NCBI GenBank assembly: GCA_964471665.1
Contig: CAYYHG010000002.1
Span: forward strand, 3,748-67,747
Direction: 5' to 3'
Origin: an uncultured Halobacteriales archaeon
GTDB lineage: Archaea > Halobacteriota > Halobacteria > Halobacteriales > Haloarculaceae
Length of the DNA: 64,000 bases
The first letter of the stretch is position 1. Each line of letters opens with the position of its first letter. Below the pieces are notes generated by a model, which ran no database searches, was not told where the DNA came from, and was given only the letters and a program-made list of their open reading frames with translations. A program made the position numbers and the translations under genes. Positions 1 through 10,139 of the stretch are shown here, piece after piece.

Positions 1-23
1 GACACCCGGGCGGGAGGCCAGCG

Positions 24-791
24 ATGACACTCGACCAGTTCTCCCTGGCAGACGAGGTGGCGGTCGTCACGGGCGGCAGCCGCGGGATCGGCGAGGAGAT
101 CACGGTCGCGATGGCCGAGGCGGGCGCGGACGTGGTGCCGGTCGCACGCTCGGAGGAGGCACTGGAAGCGACGGCAGAGCGCGCCGAAGCGGCCGGCGGC
201 GAGGCCCTCCCGATACCGCTGGACGTGACCGACCAGGCCGGGATCGCGGCGCTCTTCGAGGAGACCGAACAGACGCTGGGTGGCGCCGACGTGCTGGTCA
301 ACGTCGCCGGCGTGAACCCGTTTTTCGGCGACGCCCGCACCGTCGAAACGGAGACGTGGGAACGGATCTTCGCGGTAAACGTCAGGGGAGCCTTCGAGTG
401 CACGCGGGAGTTCGGACAGCGGGTCGCCGACCGGGAGGGGACCGGGTCGGTCGTCAACGTCGCCAGCGTCGGCGGCGTGGTCGCGCTCCCGTACCAGACG
501 CCGTACACGGCCTCGAAACACGCACTCGTCGGGATGACCAAGTCCCTGGCCGTCGAGTGGGCGCCCGACATCCGCGTCAACGCCCTCGCGCCGGGGTACG
601 TCAGGACGGAGTTCACTGCGGGCGTCCGTGACAACGAGAGCATCCGCGAGGACATCCTCGCCACGATCCCGCAGGACCGCTTTGCCGACCCCGAGGAGAT
701 CGCCACAGGCGCGGTCTACCTCGCCAGCGACGCAGCAGCGTACGTCACCGGCGAGATCCACCTCGCTGACGGCGGCCTGGCTGCACAGTGA
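24..791 (+). CDS. SDR-family oxidoreductase (short-chain dehydrogenase/reductase)
   Basis: 255-aa ORF. TGGSRGIG dinucleotide-binding motif near the N-terminus, NVAS and YTASK (YxxxK) catalytic motifs, acidic composition. Confidence 0.9.
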   Translation: MTLDQFSLADEVAVVTGGSRGIGEEITVAMAEAGADVVPVARSEEALEATAERAEAAGGEALPIPLDVTDQAGIAALFEETEQTLGGADVLVNVAGVNPFFGDARTVETETWERIFAVNVRGAFECTREFGQRVADREGTGSVVNVASVGGVVALPYQTPYTASKHALVGMTKSLAVEWAPDIRVNALAPGYVRTEFTAGVRDNESIREDILATIPQDRFADPEEIATGAVYLASDAAAYVTGEIHLADGGLAAQ

Positions 792-830
792 TCGCAACGC
801 ATTAGACACTGCTCGCAGTTGCTCTACCTG

Positions 831-1913
831 ATGACCGACGCCGACGACACCGAGGCGTATCTGGAGCGCATCGTCGACCGGGAGGCACTGGCGGCCTACC
901 TCGAAGACGAGCTGGGCCCCGTCGAACGGTACGAGATACACCTCCTGGGTGAGGGCCACTCCAACGAGACGCTGCGTGTGACCTGGGGCGAGACCGGCCT
1001 GGTCGTCCGCCGGCCCCCACCCGGCGAGGTCGCCTCCAGCGCCCACGACGTGCTCCGGGAGTACCGCGTCGTCGACGCCCTGCAGGAGTCAGACGTCCGG
1101 GTTCCGCCGACGGTCGCGGCCTGCGAAGACCACGACGTTATCGGCAGCGACTTCTACGTGATGGAGGCCGTCGACGGGGACGTGATCCGGACGACAGTTC
1201 CCGAGCGCTTCGAGACGCCCGAGACACGAGAGCGCGTCGGGACGGAACTGGTCGACCGGCTCGTCGAGATCCACGCCGTCGATTACGAGGCCGTCGGCCT
1301 GGGGGAGTTTGGCTATCCCGAAGGGTTCACAGCACGGCAAGTCGAGACCTGGACCGAACAGATCGCGTGGGCACGCGAGGTGACCGACCGGGAGCGAACG
1401 GTGCCCGCACTCGACCGGATCGGCGAGTGGCTGGCGGCCAACGTCCCCGGGGCGTACCCTCACACGCTGGTCCACGGCGACTACAAACTCGACAACGTCA
1501 TGTTCGGGCCGGGAACGCCACCCGAGATCGCGAGCGTCTTCGACTGGGAGTTGAGTACGCTGGGCGACCCCTTCACCGACCTGGGATGGATGCTCTCGTT
1601 CTGGTGGGACGGCAAGGATCCGGCCGTGCCCGCCTCGACCGGCGACCTCTATCCCGGGTTCATGCGCGGGGACGACTACCCCACCCGGCAGGAACTCGTC
1701 GACCGGTACGAGCGCCGGACGGGATGGACGTTCGACGACGAACTGTTCTACCGCGTCCTGGCAGTCTACAAGCTGGCCGCGCTCGGCGAGATGTTCTACC
1801 GCCGACACCTGGAGGGCAACGCCGACGATCCGCTCTATCCGAAGATGGAGGCTGGCGTGGTTCACCTGGCCGAGCGCGCCGAGCGGCTGATCGACGGCGA
1901 CGAACCGCTGTGA
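831..1913 (+). CDS. Phosphotransferase-family protein (aminoglycoside-phosphotransferase/choline-kinase fold)
   Basis: Track ORF 819..1913 starts at TTG; first ATG is at 831 (MTDADD). HGDYKLDNVMF catalytic loop and downstream DWE motif. Confidence 0.8.
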   Translation: MTDADDTEAYLERIVDREALAAYLEDELGPVERYEIHLLGEGHSNETLRVTWGETGLVVRRPPPGEVASSAHDVLREYRVVDALQESDVRVPPTVAACEDHDVIGSDFYVMEAVDGDVIRTTVPERFETPETRERVGTELVDRLVEIHAVDYEAVGLGEFGYPEGFTARQVETWTEQIAWAREVTDRERTVPALDRIGEWLAANVPGAYPHTLVHGDYKLDNVMFGPGTPPEIASVFDWELSTLGDPFTDLGWMLSFWWDGKDPAVPASTGDLYPGFMRGDDYPTRQELVDRYERRTGWTFDDELFYRVLAVYKLAALGEMFYRRHLEGNADDPLYPKMEAGVVHLAERAERLIDGDEPL

Positions 1914-1961
1914 GAGGGGCAACCGCGGCGGAACACGGTGGTACGGCTACAGCCGTCCCGG

Positions 1962-2729
1962 TCAGCTCCGGGAGCTGTCGAGGGTGTACTGGATCTCGAT
2001 GACGTTGCCCGACCTGAACAGCAGATCGGGCAGCTGTTCGGTGACCCGTTCTTCGCCCATCCGGTTGGTGGGACCGCTTACCGTGATCGAACCGTGGACA
2101 CGGCCGTCCGTGACGATGGGGACGCTCACCGCGCGGACGCCCTCGAGGCGTTCGCCGAAGTCGAGTGCGTAGCCACGCTCGCGGACTGTCTCCAGCCGGT
2201 CGTACAGTTCTTTGCGGTCCGTGACGGTCGACGCCGTGACTTCCGGCAGCCCGTGTTCCTCGACAATCGCCTCGACGCGGTCGTCGGAGAGGTGCGCCAG
2301 GATCGCCTTTCCGGGCGCGTTCGTCGAAAGCGCCATCCGCCAGCCCTCGTAGACACCGAGGTCCAGTGCCTGATCGCCCTTCACGATGTAGAGCAACACC
2401 CCCAGCCCGTGTTCCTCGATCATGAGGCTCACGTGCTCGCCCGTCTGCTCGGCCAGCGCGTCCAGCTCGGGCTTTGCGAGCTGGTAGAGCTGCGAATGCT
2501 CCCGGCTGCCGACGCCGATGGCCAGCGGGCGGGTGCTCACGCGGTACTGGCTGTCGCGCTTGACGACGTACTGGAGGGCGTGCAGCGTTGTGAGGTAGTC
2601 GTGGGCGGTGCTCCGGGGGAGCCCCAGCGCCGACTCCACCTCGGAGAGCGTCGCCCCGCCGCGGTCTGCCAGCACCTCGAGCACCTCGAGCACCCTCCCT
2701 GCGCTCTGAATCGGGATCTCGTCGGCCAT
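1962..2729 (-). CDS. IclR-family transcriptional regulator
   Basis: Track ORF 1962..2981 trimmed to the ATG at 2729 (MADEIPIQSAGRVLEVLEVL). Winged-HTH segment LSEVESALGLPRSTAHDYLTTL followed by an IclR-type effector domain. Confidence 0.85.
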   Translation of the reverse strand: MADEIPIQSAGRVLEVLEVLADRGGATLSEVESALGLPRSTAHDYLTTLHALQYVVKRDSQYRVSTRPLAIGVGSREHSQLYQLAKPELDALAEQTGEHVSLMIEEHGLGVLLYIVKGDQALDLGVYEGWRMALSTNAPGKAILAHLSDDRVEAIVEEHGLPEVTASTVTDRKELYDRLETVRERGYALDFGERLEGVRAVSVPIVTDGRVHGSITVSGPTNRMGEERVTEQLPDLLFRSGNVIEIQYTLDSSRS

Positions 2730-3378
2730 ACCCCCCCTTGTCGCCCACGTCACTTCTATCTGTCCGACAATGTCGACACAGAGCCGTATTATTCCACGAC
2801 TGTCCGAAACGAACGTTTGGTTACCGCAACCCCACCTGTAGTACGTATAAACCCAGACGCCGGGCAGCCCGCAGCGAGCGCGACCGTCGTCCTGTGTCGG
2901 ATCGCCATCCGACATTATCGGAACGGTTCGGAGAGGACCTGTACCGTGTGGTGAACGCGTCTGACAGACGTGTCGAGACAAAATAAAATCACAGCTGATA
3001 GTACTCCGGCCACCACCGGTTCCTGCACCTGTCGGGACAGACTGGTGTAGTGCTGTGCCGGATCAGTCACCCCCAGCAGACGATCGACCCCGAAAACGGC
3101 TCCAGCCGTCCAGGCGGATCGCGTCCGGGTGTATCGCCGACGGTATCGCGCTGATTACGGTCATACGACTGTAATCTCTTGCCGGTCGGCCGTGTATATA
3201 ATAATTTAACATACATTTCGGGGGCGGGCGGGGACCACTCCGACACGACCGGACACCCGGTCGACGCCGTTGCACCGGCAGATTGCCGTCTGTCGGATCG
3301 ATTGTGCGACGTCGTCCGTCCTCGCGGGGCGTCACCGGCGGCAGTATAATAACGGTACAGACGACAGTGTACAGTGGC

Positions 3379-3798
3379 ATGGACCACTCCCAGCCGTACC
3401 ACTGCTACGAGGTCGACGAACAGCCGGTAGACGACAGGCTCGGTATCGGGATCCAGTTCCTGATGAACGCCAAGGACCGCGACGACACACAGATGTTCGA
3501 CCAGGGGATCATCCACGTCGAGCCGGGCGAGAGCGTCACCCGTCACGTCCACCGCTACAGCGGGGAGACGTTCTACGGGCTGGACGGCGAGGGCGAGATC
3601 GTGATCGAGGGCGAACCCGTCCCCTGTCACGCCGACGACCACCTCGTGTTCATTCCACCGGGTGTCCCACACTACCCGCGCAACCCCACAGACGCCGAGG
3701 GAACGTTCCGCGCGATGTTCATCCATTCCCCGGCGATCATCGACGGTGACACCTACACCGTCGACGCCGGGGGTAACCCGGTCGACGCCGAAAAGTGA
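3379..3798 (+). CDS. Cupin-domain protein
   Basis: Track ORF 3283..3798 trimmed to the ATG at 3379 (MDHSQPY). Cupin motifs GESVTRHVHRYSGETFYGLDGEG and HLVFIPPGVPH. Confidence 0.8.
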   Translation: MDHSQPYHCYEVDEQPVDDRLGIGIQFLMNAKDRDDTQMFDQGIIHVEPGESVTRHVHRYSGETFYGLDGEGEIVIEGEPVPCHADDHLVFIPPGVPHYPRNPTDAEGTFRAMFIHSPAIIDGDTYTVDAGGNPVDAEK

Positions 3799-4910
3799 TG
3801 TCGGACGCGGGTGACGAGGCGGCGTTTCTCAGCCGGCTCGCCGGGCTGGATCCGGCGGCGTTCCGTGCGTTCGTCCGGGAGGTCTACGCCCACCGGGAGG
3901 GACACGTCCTCGTCGACCGCGGCGGAACGCCGCTCGACGCGTCGGCGAACGCGGAGGGCACCCGTCGGGTCTACGTCCACCACTCCAGCGAGGGAACTCT
4001 GCCGGCCCTCGACGACCGTGTCGACGCCGTCGTCGTTCCCGGTGCGGGGACCGGCGTGGCTGCAGACACAGAGATCGCCGTCCTCGACGCCCGCGATCTG
4101 TTCCGAGTGACGCGGTACGCACTCGCCCCCGAGGACGGCGACGCAGTCTGCCGTCGACACCTCGATCTGGTGCCACGGGCACGGCGAGCTGGACGTCCCC
4201 TCGGGGAGCCCGGCGGCTGGACGGGCGGGGCTGTCGAGTCGAGCAGTAGCCGACCCGGGGCGCCCGATAGCGGCGCGGACGCGGGGCGACACATCGGGTT
4301 GCGGACGCTGGCTTCCGTCGGAGTGGCGGCGCTGCTCGTCGGTGTCATCGTCGGTGTCGGCGTCGGCTCCATCGCCTTCCCGGACACGTCCGGGGATGTG
4401 GCGACGCCGGCCGGCACGAACGACGTCAACTCTCCGACACCGACGCCGCTCGCGACCGTGACGGTCTCCGAGGTCGACTCGCCATCGGTCCCGGCGGCCG
4501 CCGCGGCCGACATCCGGGAGCGGTACGCCCGGCTGGAACCCACCTGCGAGCGGCCGCCGGACCTGGTCGTACAGCTCCAGGTCAACGCGCTCAGACACGA
4601 CAACGGCACGGACGCACCCATCGAGACCGTCTATCGGTTCGCGTCGCCGGCCAACCGTCAGCGGACCAGGCCGCTGGGGAACTTCGTCGGCATCGTCCGC
4701 AGCGATCCATTCGAGGAGTTGCTCGAACACGAGCGGGCGGAGTACGGCCCGCTGGTCGTGAACGGGACGTCGGCCCGCCAGCAGGTAGCCGTCACCGACG
4801 GCGACGGCGACACCGAAACGTACCTCTTCAGGCTCTCGAGGCAGACCGGAGGTGCCTACGAGGGCTGTTGGATGACCGACAGCGTCGAGCCGCTCATTCC
4901 GGGAACGTGA
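3798..4910 (+). CDS. Membrane-anchored hypothetical protein (soluble N-domain, one TM helix, Pro/Thr linker, C-terminal NTF2-like/DUF4864-like domain)
   Basis: The ATG at 3798 overlaps the cupin stop (gTGATG). Hydrophobic helix LASVGVAALLVGVIVGVGVGSIAF. The C-terminal ~130 aa (PIETVYRFASPANR...YLFRLSRQTGGAYEGCWMTDSV) resembles the DUF4864 pattern, recognised from memory only. Confidence 0.55.
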   Translation: MSDAGDEAAFLSRLAGLDPAAFRAFVREVYAHREGHVLVDRGGTPLDASANAEGTRRVYVHHSSEGTLPALDDRVDAVVVPGAGTGVAADTEIAVLDARDLFRVTRYALAPEDGDAVCRRHLDLVPRARRAGRPLGEPGGWTGGAVESSSSRPGAPDSGADAGRHIGLRTLASVGVAALLVGVIVGVGVGSIAFPDTSGDVATPAGTNDVNSPTPTPLATVTVSEVDSPSVPAAAAADIRERYARLEPTCERPPDLVVQLQVNALRHDNGTDAPIETVYRFASPANRQRTRPLGNFVGIVRSDPFEELLEHERAEYGPLVVNGTSARQQVAVTDGDGDTETYLFRLSRQTGGAYEGCWMTDSVEPLIPGT

Positions 4911-5036
4911 GCTGCCGGGCCAGCGGAGCTACGGACTGGCCCGACCACTGAGACTCCCTAAAGTCCCGTCTCGGTGCCTGAAGCGCCGAAATTCCGGTAC
5001 CACAATTATTAAAGATGTGGGTTGAGAGTACTAATC

Positions 5037-6356
5037 ATGGCACGTAGTGCCGACTCGATTAGCAGACGACAGATTCTGAAACAGACCGGTGCACTCGGTG
5101 CGGTCGGCCTGGCAGGCGGGTTCGCCGGGTGTGGTGGCGACGGCGGCGACGGCGGCGACGGCGGCGACGGCGGCGACGGTGGCGACGGCGGATCCACAGA
5201 CGGCGGCGACGGCGGGGGGATCAGCGAGATCCACGTCGGCGTCGTCGAACCGTTCAGCGGCGTGTACGCGAACCTCGGTGCCGCTGAACTCGAGGCGGCC
5301 GAACTCGCGGCAGCGGATTTAGAGGAGGAACTGGACATCGACATCGAGATCACCGACGCCGACACAGAAGTCGACCCGGACGTCGGCGTCCGGCGGATGG
5401 AGAGTCTCGTCACGGAGGATGGCATCGACGTCGCCCTGGGCGGCGTCTCCTCTTCTGTGGCGATCGCGATGGGCCAGTGGGCGACCCGGAACGACGTCGC
5501 CTACGTCGCCTCCGGGAGCCACTCCGACGCGACGACCGGCTCGGAGTGTGCCCAGTACATGTGGCGGACGGCGAGTTCGAACACGATGCTCGCACGGACC
5601 GCCGGCGCCGCGATGGCGGAGGCCGCCGACTCCTACGCGCTGATGTACGCCGACTACACGTGGGGCCAGACGGCCCGGGACGCGGTCCGTGCTGCGCTGG
5701 AGAACGAAGGCGCAGAGGTCGTCGACGAGGTGGCGGTCCCCCTCGGAGCGGACGACTACACCGACGCGCTCAGCCGCATCCAGGAATCCGGTGCGGAGGC
5801 GCTGGGGAACATCACGGCCGGTGCCGACACCACCCGGAGCACCCAGCAGTACCTCAACAGCGGGATCGCAGACGAGATGGAGATGTCGGGCGTGCTCCTC
5901 GAGGACGAGGCGCTGTGGTCGCTCGGCCCGGAGGGCGTCGCACAGCTGGGCGTCTGGGGGACCGTCTGGGGCCCTGCGATCCAGGAGGGCGGCATGCCCG
6001 ACCTGATGGAGCGGATCGCGGACGAGTACAACAAGACCGCCTACTCCCGACACTACCTCGGGTACGCGTCGATGGACCAGCTGGTCCGGGCCGCCCACCG
6101 CGCCGGCTCGGTGTCCGCCGAGGACATCCGTCCGGAACTGGAAGGCCACAACTACGAGGACGTCGGTCTCCTGGGGGGGACCCAGGAGTGGCGGGGCTGT
6201 GACCACCAGAACCTGAAGCCGACCTACGCAGTCCGTCCCAAGGCCGCCGAGGACATGGTCGACGAGGACGGCGAGCGTGTCTGGTTCGAACAGGTCGCGA
6301 AGACCCAGCCCGACGAAGTCGTCCGTTCCTGTGAAGCGACCGGCTGCGAACTGTAG
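5037..6356 (+). CDS. ABC transporter substrate-binding lipoprotein (branched-chain amino acid/LivJ-like family)
   Basis: Track ORF starts at TTG 5022; ATG is at 5037. Tat-like SRRQILK motif, lipobox LAGGFAGC, (GGD)n linker, then a periplasmic-binding-protein type I fold. Followed by LivHMGF-type genes. Confidence 0.85.
   Translation: MARSADSISRRQILKQTGALGAVGLAGGFAGCGGDGGDGGDGGDGGDGGDGGSTDGGDGGGISEIHVGVVEPFSGVYANLGAAELEAAELAAADLEEELDIDIEITDADTEVDPDVGVRRMESLVTEDGIDVALGGVSSSVAIAMGQWATRNDVAYVASGSHSDATTGSECAQYMWRTASSNTMLARTAGAAMAEAADSYALMYADYTWGQTARDAVRAALENEGAEVVDEVAVPLGADDYTDALSRIQESGAEALGNITAGADTTRSTQQYLNSGIADEMEMSGVLLEDEALWSLGPEGVAQLGVWGTVWGPAIQEGGMPDLMERIADEYNKTAYSRHYLGYASMDQLVRAAHRAGSVSAEDIRPELEGHNYEDVGLLGGTQEWRGCDHQNLKPTYAVRPKAAEDMVDEDGERVWFEQVAKTQPDEVVRSCEATGCEL
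5134..5187 (+). repeat. Six tandem copies of a 9-nt unit GGYGGCGAC encoding a (Gly-Gly-Asp)6 linker
   Basis: Read directly: ggtggcgac, ggcggcgac x4, ggtggcgac. Lies just after the lipobox Cys codon of the binding protein. Confidence 0.9.
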
Positions 6357-6403
6357 GATCGTAACAGCTAACTCCCTCGGTTTTCGATTTGTGGTACGCT
6401 ACC

Positions 6404-7447
6404 ATGGCCACTGAAACGGACACAGGCGTCTGGTGGAGAGAACGGTTCGTCGTTCCCATCGCCAACATGCGGCCGATCTGGAAGGTGTTTTACGTGCTGT
6501 TGACCCTGTGGGTCCTCCTGACGATCGCGGTGCAGCCGAGCCTGTTCGCGACACAGCTCGTCAACGGGCTCGTCTACGGGATGATCCTCGTGATGATCGC
6601 CCTCGGGCTGGCGCTCATCCTCGGGTTGATGGGCGTGATCAACTTCGCCCACGGGTGGTTTTTCATGCTCGGTGGGTACCTGGCCTTCGCGGTCATCGCC
6701 CAGGCGGGCCTTCCAGTGTGGGTCGCCCTGATCGCCGCACCCGTCGCCGTCGGCCTCGTCGGCGTGGTGATGGAACGGTTCCTGTTACGACGACTGTACG
6801 GCACCGACCCGATCAACGGCCTGCTACTGACGTTCGGCGTCGCGCTGATGTTGGAGGAGGCGATCCGGTTCTACTGGGGGAGCGCCCCGCTGTCGTACAC
6901 CCTCGGGATCATGTCCGAGCCGGTGAATCTCGGCGTGACGCGGGTCGCAGGCATCCGCATTTTCACGACGGTGGTTGGCATCGTCTCAGTGATCGGTGTG
7001 TACCTGCTCATCGTCCGCACCGACTTCGGGCTCTCGATCCGTGCTGGCGTCCAGGACGCAGAGATGACCGAACTCGTCGGCGAGAACCTGCCGGTGAAGT
7101 TCACGATCCTGTTCTTCCTCGGATCGCTTCTGGCCGGCCTGGCTGGTGTTCTCAGGGGCGGCGAGACCGGCATCGATCCCGGGATGGGTGCACTCTTTAT
7201 CATCCTCGTGTTCGTCGTCATCGTCGTCGGCGGGATGGGGAGTTTCTTCGGCAGCGTCGTCGGCGGACTGCTCATCGGCGTGACGGCCTTCCTCGTGCCG
7301 ACGATGTTGCGGGCACTCGCGACGGCGACCGGTCTCGATTTCATCGCCCTCGACGGCGTCCGACGCGTGGTCCCCTTCGTCGTGATGATCATCGTCCTGC
7401 TCGACAGGCCGCGTGGCCTGTTCGGCGAGGAGGGGTTCCTCGAATGA
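6404..7447 (+). CDS. livH: Branched-chain amino acid ABC transporter permease (LivH type)
   Basis: Multi-TM ORF; ATG at 6404 inside track ORF 6389..7447. Motifs INFAHG and GGMGSFFGSVVGG are typical of LivH. Confidence 0.85.
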   Translation: MATETDTGVWWRERFVVPIANMRPIWKVFYVLLTLWVLLTIAVQPSLFATQLVNGLVYGMILVMIALGLALILGLMGVINFAHGWFFMLGGYLAFAVIAQAGLPVWVALIAAPVAVGLVGVVMERFLLRRLYGTDPINGLLLTFGVALMLEEAIRFYWGSAPLSYTLGIMSEPVNLGVTRVAGIRIFTTVVGIVSVIGVYLLIVRTDFGLSIRAGVQDAEMTELVGENLPVKFTILFFLGSLLAGLAGVLRGGETGIDPGMGALFIILVFVVIVVGGMGSFFGSVVGGLLIGVTAFLVPTMLRALATATGLDFIALDGVRRVVPFVVMIIVLLDRPRGLFGEEGFLE

Positions 7448-7514
7448 TGTCCGCCTGCGCCGGCAACGGTGGACGGACAGTTCTCAGCCAGCGCCTGCAC
7501 AGAGGTGAGTACAC

Positions 7515-8594
7515 ATGAGCAAGGAAACGCCGAGTCGAGGCGAACAGATACGCGAACTGCTCAACGGGTCCGCCAGGCTCTCGAACAGGCGGGCGGACCT
7601 CCTGGCGATCGGCTTGCTTGCGGTGCTTGCGATCGTCCTCCCATACGTCGCAGAGGTGTTGATGGGCTTTAGCGGCGTCGCCTCCAACATCCTCGTCTGG
7701 ATGCTGTTTGCGGTCGCGTTCAATCTCCTCCTCGGCTACGCCGGCCTGCTCTCCTTTGGTCACGCGATGTTCCTCGGTGGCGGGATGTACTTCGTAGCGA
7801 TCATCATGACTCAGGTCGGCCAGGGGCTGTTCTTCATCGCGGCCCCCCTCGCGCCGGTCGCGCTTGGGGTACTCGCCTACTTCATCGGGCGGCTCATCGC
7901 GAACAAGGGGGAGATCTACTTCGCCCTGCTGACCATCGCGTTCGGTGAGATCCTCTGGTACATCGTGAACGCTGATCCCGGCGGCATCACCGGCGGGGAC
8001 GACGGCATCGCCCGCGGACTGTTGCCGCCGTTCGTCGAGGCCAGCCGTGGGGAGTTGAACATCGTCCTCGGCGGCCTCGAGGTCGCCATGTACTGGGCGA
8101 TCGCGACCGTCTTCGTCGCGTCCGTCTACCTGCTGTACCGCATCGTCCGGTCGCCCTTCGGCCGGACGCTGTTGACGATCCGGGAAAACGAGGAACTCGC
8201 CCGCAGTATCGGTGTCGACACGTATCGCTACAAGGTGCACACGTTCGTGCTCAGCGCGGCGTTCAGCGCCATCGCCGGCGTGTTGCTTGTCATCGTCAAC
8301 ACGAACGTGGCGACGCGGTTTCTCTTCTGGGAGACGAGCGGCCAGGTCGTCATGATGACGATCATCGGTGGTATCAGCAGCTTCGCCGGCCCGATGTTCG
8401 GCGCGTTCCTGTGGTTCTTCGGCGAGGAGTTCCTCAGCGGCCTCCGCGCGATCGGTGACCTGCGTCACTTCTGGCAGTTCGGCTTCGGGCTGTTGTTCGT
8501 GGTCATCATCCTCGTCAGCCCGAAAGGCGGTGCCTGGGGGATGATCAAAGACGCCGGGCGCTGGATCGGCAACAAGGTTCTCGGAGGGAACTGA
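7515..8594 (+). CDS. livM: Branched-chain amino acid ABC transporter permease (LivM type)
   Basis: 359-aa multi-TM ORF. GYAGLLSFGHAMF and IGGISSFAGPMFGA motifs. Operon position between livH and livG. Confidence 0.85.
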   Translation: MSKETPSRGEQIRELLNGSARLSNRRADLLAIGLLAVLAIVLPYVAEVLMGFSGVASNILVWMLFAVAFNLLLGYAGLLSFGHAMFLGGGMYFVAIIMTQVGQGLFFIAAPLAPVALGVLAYFIGRLIANKGEIYFALLTIAFGEILWYIVNADPGGITGGDDGIARGLLPPFVEASRGELNIVLGGLEVAMYWAIATVFVASVYLLYRIVRSPFGRTLLTIRENEELARSIGVDTYRYKVHTFVLSAAFSAIAGVLLVIVNTNVATRFLFWETSGQVVMMTIIGGISSFAGPMFGAFLWFFGEEFLSGLRAIGDLRHFWQFGFGLLFVVIILVSPKGGAWGMIKDAGRWIGNKVLGGN

Positions 8595-8595
8595 C

Positions 8596-9408
8596 ATGGC
8601 AGAAACGACTGACGTCGATCGATCGCGGGAGGCACAGGCCGGAACTATCCTCGCAGTCGACGGACTGACAAAGAAGTTCGGGAGCGTCGTCGCGAACGAC
8701 AACATCACGATGAGCGTCAGAGAGGGTGAACTCCGGTCGATCATCGGCCCGAACGGCGCCGGCAAGACGACGTTTTTCAACCTCATCGCCGGTGTGCTGT
8801 CGCCGACAGACGGGACGATCCACTTCAAGGACGAGGACATCACCGACCTGCCGATGGAACAGCGTTCACAGCGTGGCCTCGGACGCTCCTACCAGAGCAA
8901 CGAACTGTTTTTCGACCAGTCTGTCTTCGAGAACGTCAGGGTCGCGGCACAGACGGCAGAACTCGGCTCTTTTAGCTTCGATACGTTCTCGCGGGCCAAC
9001 ACGATGAAACAGACGGAAGCCGAGGACCTGCTCGAACGGCTGAACATCATCGACGAACGCAACACCGAAGCCAAGAACCTCTCCCACGGCGACCAGCGCC
9101 GCCTCGGGATCGCTATCGCGCTCGCGACGGATCCGGATCTCCTCCTGCTCGACGAGCCGACGAGCGGGATGGGTCCGGAGGCGACTCGCCGGACAGCCGA
9201 TCTCATCGAGAGCCTCAGGGAGGAACTGGACATCTCGGTCGTGCTGATCGAACACGACATGAGCGTCGTGATGGGCATCAGCGACCGGATCAGCGTGCTG
9301 TACAACGGTGCCCACATCGCGACGGGGCCGCCCGAGGAGATCCGTGAGGACCAGGATGTCCAGGACGCGTACCTCGGCGGGATGAAGGAAGCGGAGGAGG
9401 AGGTGTAA
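8596..9408 (+). CDS. livG: ABC transporter ATP-binding protein (LivG type)
   Basis: Walker A GPNGAGKTT, signature LSHGDQRRL, Walker B LLLLDEP. Start is 2 nt after the livM stop. Confidence 0.9.
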   Translation: MAETTDVDRSREAQAGTILAVDGLTKKFGSVVANDNITMSVREGELRSIIGPNGAGKTTFFNLIAGVLSPTDGTIHFKDEDITDLPMEQRSQRGLGRSYQSNELFFDQSVFENVRVAAQTAELGSFSFDTFSRANTMKQTEAEDLLERLNIIDERNTEAKNLSHGDQRRLGIAIALATDPDLLLLDEPTSGMGPEATRRTADLIESLREELDISVVLIEHDMSVVMGISDRISVLYNGAHIATGPPEEIREDQDVQDAYLGGMKEAEEEV

Positions 9409-9410
9409 CG

Positions 9411-10115
9411 ATGGCGCTGCTCGAACTCGACGAACTCAACGCGGGCTACGAGACCGGGCAGGTGCTGTTCGACGTCTCGATTGACATCGAAGAAGGGGAG
9501 GTCGTCTCCCTGCTCGGGCGCAACGGTGCCGGCAAGTCCACGACGATGCGATGTGTCGCGGGCGCGAAGCCGCCGTACATCCAGAGCGGCACCGTCCGCG
9601 TCGCCGGCGAGGACATCACACACCTCGCGACGCACAAGCGCACGAACAAGGGGATCGGCTACGTCCCCGAGGAACGGCGCGTCTGGCCGGGATTGACGAT
9701 CTCGGAGAACATCAGGATGGCCATCAAAAATTCGAACGATCCCATGGCGCTCGAGGACGTCATGGACTACTTCCCCCGCCTCCAGGAACTGGAGGACAAG
9801 CCGGCCCGGAACCTCAGTGGCGGCGAACAGCAGATGCTCGGGATCGGGCGCGCGCTCGCGAGCAAGCCCGACATCATGCTGATGGACGAACCCAGCGAGG
9901 GCCTGGCGCCATTCATCGTCCGCGACGTCGAGGAGATCATCAACACGCTGAACGACGAGGGACTGACCATCTTCCTCGTCGAGCAAAACGTCGTCATGGC
10001 GATGGAAGTGAGCCACCGCCACTACTTCATCGACCAGGGTGACATCGTCGACTCGATGTCCTCCGACGAACTCCGCGAGAGCCCGGAACTGCGCCAGGAG
10101 TACCTGAGCGTGTAA
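9411..10115 (+). CDS. livF: ABC transporter ATP-binding protein (LivF type)
   Basis: Walker A GRNGAGKST, signature LSGGEQQML, Walker B IMLMDEP. Confidence 0.9.
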   Translation: MALLELDELNAGYETGQVLFDVSIDIEEGEVVSLLGRNGAGKSTTMRCVAGAKPPYIQSGTVRVAGEDITHLATHKRTNKGIGYVPEERRVWPGLTISENIRMAIKNSNDPMALEDVMDYFPRLQELEDKPARNLSGGEQQMLGIGRALASKPDIMLMDEPSEGLAPFIVRDVEEIINTLNDEGLTIFLVEQNVVMAMEVSHRHYFIDQGDIVDSMSSDELRESPELRQEYLSV

Positions 10116-10139
10116 AGTACCCCCCTTTCGCGACGCCGG

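Noticed and set aside
2982-3378. About 400 nt of the 650-nt gap between the IclR gene and the cupin gene (3378-2729), including a 33-aa minus-strand ORF (MTVISAIPSAIHPDAIRLDGWSRFRGRSSAGGD).
   Set aside because: The composition is not haloarchaeal-coding-like (basic, no acidic bias) and it has no motif. The region contains an AT-rich TATA-like patch (gtgtatataataatttaacatacattt) consistent with a promoter. I could not support any gene there.
5134-5187. Regular short direct repeats that could superficially resemble a repeat array.
   Set aside because: The unit is only 9 nt with no spacers, and it lies in frame inside a lipoprotein gene, encoding a (GGD)n linker. It is not a CRISPR array. The same applies to 20015-20102.
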